Below the pieces are notes generated by a model. It had not been told where the DNA came from. It made no database searches and saw only the letters and a list, made by a program, of their open reading frames with translations. From the NCBI RefSeq assembly GCF_006345805.1, contig NC_043000.1, positions 128,464,001 through 128,528,000 on the forward strand: a DNA stretch of 64,000 nucleotides, written 5' to 3'. Below, piece by piece: positions 13,288 through 25,230 of this stretch. Origin of the DNA: Octopus sinensis (Eukaryota). Within the stretch, counting starts at the first letter, position 1; each line of letters starts with the position of its first letter. The translations under genes and the position numbers were made by a program.

Positions 13288-14111
13288 AGACATTAACTTT
13301 AGTTATGACCATTTATCATCAAATACACACTGGCACTTTTTCTTATATATTTTACTCAAGAAAAGATGATGAGAGCCATTGTTGATGTTGTTCAACTCTA
13401 GGTCAATGCTGATTGAGCACATCTATGATCAAAAGTTCTCCAAATTAAGACCAGCTTTCTCTTTGGGGCATATCTATAACACTATCTAATGTAATTTTTT
13501 TCTTTCTTTGAAGGGTTAAATACCATATGCTGTCATTCTACATTTCTGTATGTCTTCAAAAGTTCACAATATTTTTTATAGATAGAAGCAACAGTGTGTG
13601 ATTTCAGAACATAACTCTGATATAAAACATAAGAATTAACTTATATATTTTTTAGCAGTGAAATGCTATGTAAATTTATTTGGGCTTTAAGTAGTTTCTC
13701 TCTCTGTCTGTATTTCTCTCTCTCACACACAAATACACAAAGCACTAGATTTCATTCATTTATTTATTTATTTAATTATGAATGTAAGTGTTACATTCAT
13801 AGGTCAAGTTGTTAAAGTGTTGACTTATCAACGAAAATTACAAGTGTACACTAGATACAGTATGGTTTATGAATAAATATGCATATGGCCTTATATCTAT
13901 ATGTGCTTAGTCTCAGTGAAAAATAAAACTCAATAGGAGTTTTCTGCTACCTAGGCTTAAGGATTGAAGTAACGCATATGATTATAATTCAACATTAGGG
14001 TTTGCTCACCTCTCCTTACCAAACTGCCAATAGTGAGGTTATGGAGATGGGTTAAGGTTTATATATCTATCTATATATGTATGTATATATATATATATAT
14101 GTATATACATA

Positions 14112-14390
14112 CAGGGTGCAATGGATAAATTGTCGTCATTTTATATCCTTAATTTCATGCATGTGCATTGATTGTTTTTTATTTTGTCGACTACACAGTA
14201 TAGTAGGGTCAGTTGGGCACAGTCTGTGAGAAAAACAGCACCATGATGCAATTCACTCTACCAGAAATTTGGAAACAACATGCTGCACTGCTCGGCATTC
14301 ATGCTGGAAGCTCCAATATGAACATTTCAGAGTGTTTGGGTGTCAGTCTGAGGACATGTACCAAGAGTGATAAAAATCAAACATCCAGTC
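14112..14390 (+). mobile_element. 5' fragment of a Tc1/mariner-like transposon
   Basis: TA-CAGGGTG start, then ATG at 14243 giving MMQFTLPEIWKQHAALLGIHAGSSNMNISECLGVSLRT, an HTH-like transposase N-terminus. Truncated. Confidence 0.55.
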
Positions 14391-14899
14391 AACATCATGG
14401 TGTTTGGAGTGATCACTAGCAATGGCAACATTATAATTCCATTCATGATGGGAATTGAACTTACAATCTAGCTATCATGAGTGCAACACCCTAGCCACAA
14501 GGCCATGCACCTTCACACCTATGTATGCAGGTATTCTCAGTTTAACAGGATCTGACTAGTCTGAAGGCTGTGTTGGTCTCCTATGTTTACTTTGGTGTAG
14601 TTTCTACAGATGCTTGACTTTCATAACGTCCACTTTATAGAGTGCACTGGCTGCATTTTACATGGCATCATCAAAAGTGATGATTCTGCAAGGCAGAATG
14701 GGCCCTATAACAGAAGAGGAGAGAGAGAGGGCAACGATTCTAGGCAGAGAGATGTAAGATGGTGAGAAAAGTGAATGAGTATGACAGGGAACAGGGTTGA
14801 GAAAAAAGGAGTAAATGTAATAAAGAAAAAAAGAGAAAAAGATGGTAAAGATGGGAGAAAAATAAAAGGAACATGGGATACAGAAAAAAGGAGAAACAG

Positions 14900-15290
14900 A
14901 AGTCTAGTTTGCAACCACATGGTTCCAAGTTCAATCCCACTGTGTGGCACCTTGAGTATGAGTCTTCTACTATATAACCCCAGGCCGATCAATGCCTTGA
15001 GAGTGAATTTAGTAGAAGGCAACTGAAAGAAGTCCTTTGTATGGAAAGCCTGTTGTGTTTATATATTACATAAGATGCATGTGTGTCTTTGTGCTTGTCC
15101 TCCCCACTACTTGACAACCGGTGTTGGTTTGTTTACACCCCAGTAAAAGAGTACAACAGAATAAGTACTAGACTTTATAAAAAAATAATAAATACTAGGG
15201 TTAATTTGTTTGACCAAACCTTTCAAGGTAGTGCCCCAGCATTGCTGTAGTCTAATGACTGAAACAAGTAAAAGTAAAGAAAAGGAAAAT
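14900..15290 (+). mobile_element. tRNA-derived SINE, near full length, decayed
   Basis: Same family as 421-585, with tail ...GCCCCAGCAT...ATGACTGAAACAAGTAAAAG. Confidence 0.75.
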
Positions 15291-15661
15291 ATAACATATC
15301 TAATACACATTTCCATCATGAGTATTTTCTGAAAACTTACATTGTTTTCAATCTGTGTTACATTTTTCCTGGCCAATTTTATTTTACCTTGCCAACAATG
15401 AGTAAGTATCTAGATTATATATTTATCACTGTGTCCAAATGATTCTTGCTAGACCACTCCTTGTGTGCATTTTTTATGAGTGCTTCAGTTCAGTTCCTTA
15501 TACTTAGAAAATAAAAATAAAAACAAAAAATAATAAAAATGCAAAGCAATTTCTGTTGAATACAGGTTTTAGATTATAGATACTTAGATGAATTTATATA
15601 TATATGTATGTGTGTGCATGTTCTAACAACTGGTTATAGGTCCGGCTATATCAAAGGGGAA

Positions 15662-15697
<36 letters not shown>

Positions 15698-15715
15698 AAC
15701 ATGCACATACACACA

Positions 15716-15772
<57 letters not shown>

Positions 15773-15800
15773 ACATGCACATACACACAATATATATATA

Positions 15801-15844
<44 letters not shown>

Positions 15845-16762
15845 TATATATAAATACATACACATACATATGTATATATAACTTAAGAAAGGGAGTGAAA
15901 GAGGTGTAGGTGAGGTGGCTGCTAGTAAACCAACTTACTTGAATGGTCTAGTCAGGAACCAGGGTAGGGTGGAGTTCAATTAAGTGCTTATTCATTTATT
16001 AAAAAGCTGATATTAAGATAGCAGATGTTGAGGAATATATTTCTCTAGGTGACCTTCCTGGAAGAGGTAAGTTCACAAGACAGCTGTTTTTTTTTTATTA
16101 TTGATTTTCTTACTTTTTTTTTGTTTAATAAAAGATATTGTACTACATTTGCTGTGTGGTTAAGAAGCTTGCATTGTAACCACACGATTCTGGGTTTTAT
16201 CTGATTGTGCAACACTCTGGGCAAGTGTTGTCACGTCTGCTGTTACTTCAGGTTGACAAATGCAATATTTTAGACAGAAGGTGTGCTGAAACCATGAGCT
16301 TGTCTAGATATATATCAGCAATGACTACACAATTGCATGGGTCAGTGATCACTACACACTTATACTAATTCTATTTTTTGCATGGTTCCTACCTGATAGC
16401 CAGCTATTTTACAAAATCTACTGGGTACATTTTATTGTGGCACCAGTACTAGAGAGGTCATCTTATTCTTGACAAGACTAAGAAGACACTTTCTCAGTTA
16501 CTTTGTCTTCATTCATGCACCAACCATTTTATGGAGTTGCTAATGACTTCACAATATGAACTGGATGCATTTCATTATAGCACCAACACCAGAGAGTTAC
16601 ATGTATTCATGAAGAAATGAGTTTATAACATAAAGTTGGAAACATATTGGTGGGTGAATCTTTACTCATGTAATTTATTTTTAGACATTAAAACAATATA
16701 TATAAGGATACTGTTGTGACATTAACCATTGTTCAGAGTGTGCTCTTGATGTGTGTAACATC

Positions 16763-16980
16763 ATCATCATTGATTTAAAGTCCACTTTTACCATACTCGC
16801 ATAGAAAAGTTTATTGAGGCAGACTTTCCAGAGCCAGATACCCTTCCTGTTATGAACCCTAACCTGTTTCCAAGCAAGGTAATATTTCCTCACAACCAGA
16901 CATGTTCTTGCAGAATACTGGAAATGAATGACACTAATTGCAAAACTGACACTCATTTATAACTATGACAGATGTCAAGA
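16763..16980 (-). mobile_element. Decayed RTE-tail-like repeat
   Basis: (CAT)n followed by TTTAAAGTCCACTTTTACCATACT, the reverse complement of the RTE-type terminus. Confidence 0.5.
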
Positions 16981-16999
16981 AATGGAGCTGTGCACACAC

Positions 17000-17057
<58 letters not shown>

Positions 17058-17640
17058 GTAAACCACTACAGCTGTGACATTAATGTTCACATAACTACCA
17101 GTGTGTAACCATTAACCAAGACACATCACTACTGTTGGGTGATATTAATCAAGGTTTATCATAAACCTGATGTGTGATGTTAGCCAAGATTTACTGTGCA
17201 ACCACAGTATGACATTAACTAATGCTATGTGACATTAACTAAGCTTCCAAGAGCTATCAGTGTGTGACATTAACCTAAGTTTAGTATACTACTGATATAT
17301 GACATTATTGCTATTTCACAGTGCTATTGATCTGTTAAAATGCTAATCATTTAAAATGTCACATGAACATCTCTCTAATTCTTCACATTTTACTCTTACT
17401 GGACCAGGTGGTACATTGTAGCCTTGAGCAAGGTACTCCATTCTTCTCAGCTGAAATGAGTACCAGCCATGTGCTAGTGCAGCCCTTACTGCCTCCAGCT
17501 GTGACATTCTGATTATTCTGCTGGGTCAAAGGAGAGAAGGTTGAGCATGTGTCTATGTCTACGTGGAGTACATAGGCACTTAAAACAATTAACTAAAGCA
17601 TGGTATAGGCTACTAAGTCATTACTTGTTAGAAAGTGATT

Positions 17641-17926
17641 GTTGTTAGTTCCTTCTTGAGCCATACCTGGCTCATAAGGGCTGGTTTCCCGGTTTCATTG
17701 GCGTATAGGTTCCCCACCTGGATGGGACACCGGTCCGTCGCAGGTGAGCTGCTAGATGCAGGAGAAAAAAGTGGGAGAAAGTTGTGTCGAAAGAGTTAGC
17801 AGACATTCACCATTACCTTCTGCCGGAGCCACGTGGAGCTTAGGTGTTTTGCTTGGTCTGAGATTTGAACCCATGATCCCTCAACTGTAAGTCCACTGCT
17901 CTAACCACTAGGCCATGTGCTTCCAC
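17641..17926 (-). mobile_element. tRNA-headed SINE with V-SINE-like 3' part
   Basis: Minus strand: GTGGAAGCACATGGCCTAGTGGTTAGAGC...GGGTTCAAATC, later CCTGCGACGGACCGGTGTCCCATCCAGG...GAAACCGGG. Confidence 0.65.
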
Positions 17927-18380
17927 TTTGAAAGTGATGGTTATGGTTTTTTTATGTATAATTCCTTCTCAATCATTCGTTCATCAAGAAATGAAGTCAA
18001 TACTAACTTTTCTTCATGATAAGAGATATCTATTATGCTTGATCAGATGTATTGATACATAAATGAATCTAATACTGGGCTACAACTCATCTTCTGGTCC
18101 CACTTACAAGAGAAACTGAACTCAATACTGGCTTACAACACTACTACAGCTTAGTAGTGAGTTATGTCTATTTAATGTTGCTGCTGTTTAAGCCATACAT
18201 TAGCTTTGATTGAATAGATCAATACTGAAAAGCAATCTTGCCGTGGCCATCCCAACTATTTTTCTAGGATGTATCCTTTTGTAATATTAGAGTGTGGTTT
18301 GAGGGAGATTTGGCATCTATTTCTAGTAGAGTGGCTGCCCAGAGGTTCTCTCCAAAGTTTGTTATATAGATTATCTCTGT

Positions 18381-18602
18381 AGTGCTGGAGTCACGAAAAT
18401 GCACCCAGAACACTCTGTAAAGTAGTTGGGGTTAGGAAGGGTGTGTAGCCATAAAAATCAAACCAAAACTGAAATGCACTAGTGAGATGTGAGCCCTCTG
18501 ACCTGCCTATGTGAGCAGTACCTCCGAATATGTGATTCCGACTGTGGCAACTCATCCAATACATGCCAGCATGGAAAGTGGGCATAAAAGAATAATGATG
18601 AG
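18381..18602 (+). mobile_element. Decayed RTE 3' tail
   Basis: GTTGGGGTTAGGAAGGG...GCCAGCATGGAAAGTGGGCATAAAAGAATAATGATG, homologous to 4004-4215. Confidence 0.7.
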
Positions 18603-18725
18603 AAAGAAGATAATGATATACACACAAACTCTCCCCACCACCAAACATATAAACACACGTGCATTTGTGAGAATGTACGCATGTATGTGAACACACACAC
18701 ACACATGTACGTGTGTGAGTGTATG

Positions 18726-18764
<39 letters not shown>

Positions 18765-20795
18765 TTCTCAAGAGGGGAAAAATTCTTTTCTTCACTTCAG
18801 TGCCCAAATATTTCTAAATATATTTCTACAGCCATACAGAATATTTTTCTCACACAACCTAATTTAAAAAAAATAAAAATAAAGATGGAATAAAAAAAAT
18901 AATTAATTCCAACTTTTGTCCCCCCCACCCCCGAATATAGTTTATCAACGAGGGAGCTCCTCTACGCGGTCGCTCAGTCTGCTAGATATAGCAGTCAAAC
19001 CTCCTCTAATCAAATTGTCGTCGTCGAAAGAGAGAGAGAGAGAGAGATGTATGGTAAATTGTAAACCGATATACAAAAATGGAAGATAGTGCAAACTGGA
19101 ACCCTTTGATCATAGGTTTGTCAGATCAGGACTTACTTGGGGCTAAATAATTTGCATCTTTATCAACAACTCTATCTAGAATCACGCTAGCGATATATTT
19201 TTCAAAACTCATTAAACAGTATGGAAAGTTTTATTACAGATTAATGGGAGTGCCTCTCTGTAGCACTGGGGCATAGAACAGTATACATTTTGGCAGTGTC
19301 AAGTTTTGATTACAAATGGAACAAAGTATCCCGATTTTCTTTGATGGAACAAAGAGAGATTGTCCGATTAAACTAGAGCTGGACTGTGGTTGGGAGAAGA
19401 AATAAAATTTATGAAAATAATTTAAAGTTAAGTGACAATTAAAGGAGAGTAGGGACATTTTTTTACCAGGGCCCATCACATTAAAACACCTATTGGCATG
19501 ACACTAACTTCATGCTTCATGAATATTATTTGAATTTTAAAACTTTGCTTTTCGTATAGAGGAGAAAAAGAACTTATTTCAGCATGAAGTTAATATATGC
19601 ATGTGTGTATGTGTTTGTCTATCTATCTATCTGACTCCCACCCTCAAACGTGTTTTAAACAACTACAATGAAAACACCAAAGATCCTCTACAATTTACAA
19701 GAAAGTAGCAGTCAAATGACACATTGCTATCTTAAAAAAGATGAAGAGCATTTTTAATAACATAAGATACTTTACTGCTAGACTGTCCTTTTATCATAAG
19801 TATAATATAATCAAGGGTAGCTTGGGGCTGAACAATAGAAAACTAGTAAACATTTATTAAAAAGTTCTATGTTGTGAGAAGAGAGATTATGCTTTGTTGC
19901 AAGCAACTTTCGTGGCACACGAACTTAAACTTATTTTAGGAATTCTTTAAATAATACATAGATAAATAAATAATAATTGAATACACATTAATAAAACTTC
20001 ATTAAAAATATCTAAACAGAAAATAAACAAAAATATAAACAACCGCGAAAATAACCGTTTCGTAAAGTGTCGGTCATTGTCGTCGTTTTTAGTCTTCTGA
20101 GGTCTAAGTTATTGGTTGAAGCAGACGACCTTAGGACCACAGCCGTTCCAGCAGTGAGTATCCCGATTTTCTTTGACTTTTTTCAATACCTAATTTACCT
20201 AGGATTACTTTATCGAAACTATCCTCTTTAAAAGGTGTTAAGGTGTCATTTGAGAGAGACAGTTTCTATTTCTAGCACACTGAGTGACTAATAATTTAAC
20301 TATAGTTCAACTCTGGTCAAGTAAACCTATGTATGATCCCATGTGTACCAACTGTAACTACCATAGTTTTTTTTTTTTAATTCAGACATAGTATATCAAA
20401 GACGACAATTTTCAATGTAACCTTATGTCTAAAAAATATTTTGTCCATTTTGAAGACAATAGGTATGTGGCATGAGGAAAAATTCAACTGTTTAGCTACT
20501 ATTTCTAACAGCCATGGAGACATCCTCCATCGTTATCTCGAAGTGAAAGAGTGTAAGAAAGATGGAGATTGATAAAAAGCTGTTTGTTGATAGAGTATGT
20601 GAGAAGAGTAAGGTATTCAACAGGAGACTCGTCTTGGCAGCTACTGTTAGCAACAAATGAATACACATATTGAATACCGTTCATTGAAAGACTTCAACCT
20701 ACTGACAGACACACCGACCAGCAAGCCAGCCAGTCAGCCAGCCAGCCATTCTAAAACTTCGTCTTCTAATGTTAAAGCAGACATACATTCCGTCT

Positions 20796-21120
20796 TAAAG
20801 ACTCCGCCGGTTACGACGACGAGGGTCCCAGCTGATACGATCAACGGAACAGCTTGCTCGTGAAATTAACGTGCAAATGGCTGAGCATTCCACAGACACG
20901 TGTACCCTTAACGTAGTTCTCGGGGAAAATCAGCGTGACACAGAGAGTGACAAGGCTGACCCTTTGAAATACAAGTACAACTCATTTTTGCCAGCTGAGT
21001 GGACTGGAGCAACGTGAAATAAAGTGTCTTGCTCAAGGACACAACGCGTCGCCGGGAATCGAACTCACAACCTTACGATCATGAGCCGAATTCCCTAACC
21101 ACTAAGCCACGCGCCCTCAC
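20796..21120 (-). mobile_element. Young full-length tRNA-derived SINE (Deu/Meta-like core) with an 11-bp TSD
   Basis: A/B boxes TGGCTTAGTGG and GAGTTCGATTC, core TGTGTCCTTGAGCAAGACAC, and exact direct repeat ACATTCCGTCT at 20785-20795 and 21121-21131. Confidence 0.9.
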
Positions 21121-21214
21121 ACATTCCGTCTAGCCCTATTATTGTTGTTGTTTATTATTTCATTCTGTTTCAAAGCTTTTCGTCTACACATTTTTGATTT
21201 CCACCTAAACTTTT

Positions 21215-21327
<113 letters not shown>

Positions 21328-21393
21328 ATATAATATAAATGTATGTGTATGGTGTATAAAGAACAAAGTTATATAAGTTTATAGATATATACA

Positions 21394-21448
<55 letters not shown>

Positions 21449-21546
21449 CATTTCATTTCATTTCATCTAGTTTCAGCTCACGAGCTGTGGCCATGCTGGG
21501 GCACCGCCATAAAAATTGGAACGTACAACACAGTCATACAATCCAC

Positions 21547-21606
21547 TGCCCCCAGTGAGATACGAACTCACGACCCCTGGTTTACGAGACCAGTGCTCTA
21601 AACCAC
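21547..21606 (-). pseudogene. 5'-truncated tRNA-Thr(CGT) copy
   Basis: Minus strand GTGGTTTAGAGCACTGGTCTCGTAAACCAGGGGTCGTGAGTTCGTATCTCACTGGGGGCA. Perfect anticodon stem CTGGT/ACCAG (anticodon CGT) and T stem GTGAG/CTCAC. The 5' acceptor strand and start of the D arm are replaced by microsatellite. Confidence 0.85.
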
Positions 21607-22659
21607 ACACATATATATAATATATATATAAAATTTTTCCAACTTTGCTTGGATTAAATGAATTATATTCCTACCTCAAATGCGTGTAGATATAGGAACA
21701 CACACACACACACACTTCGACATAAAGAGAACGCACTGCGAGGGACACAATTTGTATCAACATCAGTATAAACCTAACTGGCATTTCAAGATAACAAGGA
21801 TTCCATCTTTCATATATATATATATATGCCCCCAAGTCATTTAGTTTTGCTGGCCTGAATTACGAGCAGAAAAGCGGGCGCTGGTACACCATTTTTCTGC
21901 TCCTACCCGATCTAGTTTCTAGGTTCTTAGCCGTCAGCTTGCAATGTTTGTGGGACAATCGACTGGTTTTTGCTTCGCATCTTAGCAGTTAAATCCGAAA
22001 TGTAATGGGTCGCTGCCATCATCATGTTTTTTTTAAAACTTATACGCGATTCATGTATTTGCATGGATATATATATATATATATCCATCCATGCAAACAT
22101 GCAAATACATGAATCATATATATATATATCCATTCATGAAAATACACGAATCATATATATATACACATATATAATCACGTATATGTATATATATATATAT
22201 AATAGACACGCACACACACGTTATATGAAGTTGTGATAATGGGTGTATATGTGTGTGTGCACACAATTTTCAATCATACCCGACCTTAGTAACCAGCCTA
22301 TAGAGTTGATAACTCGTGTATATATAAGTTACTACGGTTACCGATTCACGATAGGACTGTTCTATTTCTTGTGGAAAGCGAACTTATCACTACCACCACC
22401 ACCACCACTACTACTACTACTACTACTGCTACTGCTGCTGCCAACACCATCATCATCCAGAATCTAACTCGCTTATTTAATCAGTACATTTCGACGGGAA
22501 GAGCAAGCAAGAAAGAGAAAGCAACAACACCCACGCATACATATACACACGCGCACCTTCATAACAACGATCCATCACAGGCGCACACACAGACATAGAC
22601 AGTGGCTTTAACAATAACAACGAATCGACAATATACTCTGTGTGTGCGTGTGTGTGTAT

Positions 22660-22710
<51 letters not shown>

Positions 22711-23134
22711 TATATATAGGTATACGATGGTGTGGCGATAGAAATAAATCTAAGGTACAAAACCTGCGACTCAACAGTGGAACAGAATCGTACAGCAACA
22801 GCACGTATTAAATATCAAAAAAGAGAAATAAGAAGAGAGAGAGAAGGAAAAAAATTACGTAGATTACACAACATCCAGAGCACTTATCAAATACGACAGA
22901 TTTTGCAATACCGACAGGCGGTTGGTGTGTGTATCTGTGGAGACTATTTATTCATTAACTAGCTGCTCGCATACTCTCTTACGTATTAGACATTTATACG
23001 TAGCCCGAGTAAAGCAGTGCCGATGATGCCAACACACGCACATACCGTTATTGCTTTTGTATCTTAATGAACTAAATAAATCTTAGAGGAGCTCGTTTAA
23101 CAAAGCGTACGTCATGAACGATGACAAGGAGATG

Positions 23135-23165
<31 letters not shown>

Positions 23166-24321
23166 CTTGAATGGTGACAAGAAGAAAGAAAAGAAAGACG
23201 AGCATATACGTCATTAATGATGACAAAGAGAAAGATAGATAGATAGATAGCTACGTCATGAAAAAAGAAAAGAGAAAATAAACTGAGGGCGAGCGAGAGA
23301 GAAGACGAAGAAGAGAAAGGTGAAAGACGGAGATCGTTTAAGAATATCTTATTTTATTTTATGAGATTTTGTTTTCTTTTCAACATCCTACACATTTGAG
23401 TGCCGTGTGTCTTAAATATCTTACCTAAAGATAGATAAAATGGGAGCAGAAATTGCCAGGTATAAACATCAACGATTGATTATTTAAAAACAAATAAACC
23501 ATTGGATTCAAATCGGTTTGCTTATTTTATTAATCATAACTAACGAGTTTACCTAAGAATATATATTTAACAAAATACACTTGTTGGTGGGATACTTTAT
23601 TAGCTCAACAAGTCCCTTTGACTTGAAGTGTCAACAGATTGTGCGTGTGTGTGTCTGTGTGCGTGTTAAGTCTTTGAAGGCAAAAGGTTCTAGTGGCCAC
23701 GACTTCAACTCCAGCAGTGGTTACCGATTTTCTCATAACCATGAATTTAAACCAATGAGCACTTATATTAACTAACCATAAATAACTAACTTTTCCCATT
23801 TTCATTTCTTCAACTCAAACATAATATGTAACTTAATAATTATATCTTTTATACTGTATGTAGTCTTTTAAAATTTTGAACAGGTTGTAGCACAAGGGGC
23901 CAGCGGACATCAGATCAGGAACCATTGACCTGTATCTCTCTCTCTTCGTTGACATTTGTGAAAGGGAGTTTGAACTATGCACGAATAGTGTAAATTAATT
24001 AAACATTTGTCAGTTATATTCATCATTGCTGCTCTAAATTTATCAACAAATAAACAGATGAATGAATAATTGACGTGTCAAACTTAATATTACAAAAGGC
24101 CAAAAATAAAGCTGAATATTGTCGGGTAGAGAAGAAATAGTAGACGTTCAAAACAGAACCATCCTGATCTAAATTTGTCATAGTGTACCGAGGAGTCAAT
24201 AATCTTAAAATTTCCATTTCAGACTGAAGCCTTAACTGACCTAACAATTCATCATCATTCACTTTGAGACCTTGTGATGATCTTTTCGACGACGACGACG
24301 ATGACGATGACGATGATGCCA

Positions 24322-24720
24322 CAAAGGCAGCAGTTTTGGGGGAGGAAATGAGTCGATTACATCGACTCCAGTCTTCAACTGGTATTTATTTTATCGACCG
24401 CGAAAGGACGAAAGGCAAAGTCGACCTCGACGGAATTTGAACTCAAAACGGAACGACGGGCGAAATACCGCTAAGCATTTTTGTCCAGTATGCTAACGGC
24501 GCTGGAATAATAATAATAATAATTTGGGGGTAGGAGCTAATCGATTACATCGACCCTAGCACTCAACTAGTACTTATTTTATCGACTCCAAAATGATGAA
24601 AGATAAAGCAAACCTCGGCGGAATTTGAACTCAGAATATAAAGACGAACGAAATGTCAATAAGCCTTTTTTCCGGCAAACGATTCTGCCAGCTCACCGCC
24701 TTAATAATAATAATAATAAT
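24322..24720 (-). mobile_element. Two head-to-tail Nin-type SINE copies separated by (AAT)n
   Basis: Repeated TTTATCGAC...GAAAGG...AAAGGCAAAGTCGACCTCG.CGGAATTTGAACTC. Confidence 0.85.
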
Positions 24721-24724
24721 GGTT

Positions 24725-25230
24725 ATGCCCTGATGCAGTACCAGGCAGTGGTTGTCATGGCTTCTGATCTTAACTGAGTGGAAGTGTTACCATGAACATG
24801 TTTTCTCCTTATATTAAAGATGGGCTACAGCAAAAGTTCTGCTCAATACCACAGATTCGCTTGTCATTTGCTTGACCATAACTAGTTGAGCATGTCCCTT
24901 AGTGGCTGACCATATGTGCATCTCTGATCACGAGCAGAAGTAGGAGGGGAGCATCATAACCGTGTGTTGAAAGGAATTCTTTGGGGTTTCAATAATTCAC
25001 GTCTGGAAACATGGGTGTTTCGGTCATTATCCTTAAACAAACCTTATTCAGGGACCTTTTGAGCGGAATGGGCTACTTGACCCGAAGAAAATTCTAACTA
25101 GGCCCCCACGTGCAAGGTCATGTGCTGTTTATTTTTGGTATGAGATGATCATGTCATGCACATACGGTTGTGAAACATGTGCCTGTTGTACCCTCACCAG
25201 ACGGGTTGTCATGATGGGTATAGTGGGCTT
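24725..25230. repeat. Unclassified ~500-bp interspersed repeat-like segment
   Basis: Abrupt compositional change after the (AAT)n. Resembles a common octopus repeat from memory only; no second copy in the window. Confidence 0.35.

Noticed and set aside
19234-19383. Minus-strand acceptor followed by a frame containing CSICNQNLTLPKC, superficially RING-like
   Set aside because: The remaining C/H ligands of a RING finger are absent, there is no convincing donor and no homology is recognised.
24023-24322. 99-aa minus-strand ORF (MASSSS...EILRLLTPRYT...)
   Set aside because: Starts at GTG in a (GAC/GAT)n repeat beside a SINE, with no recognisable domain or splice context.
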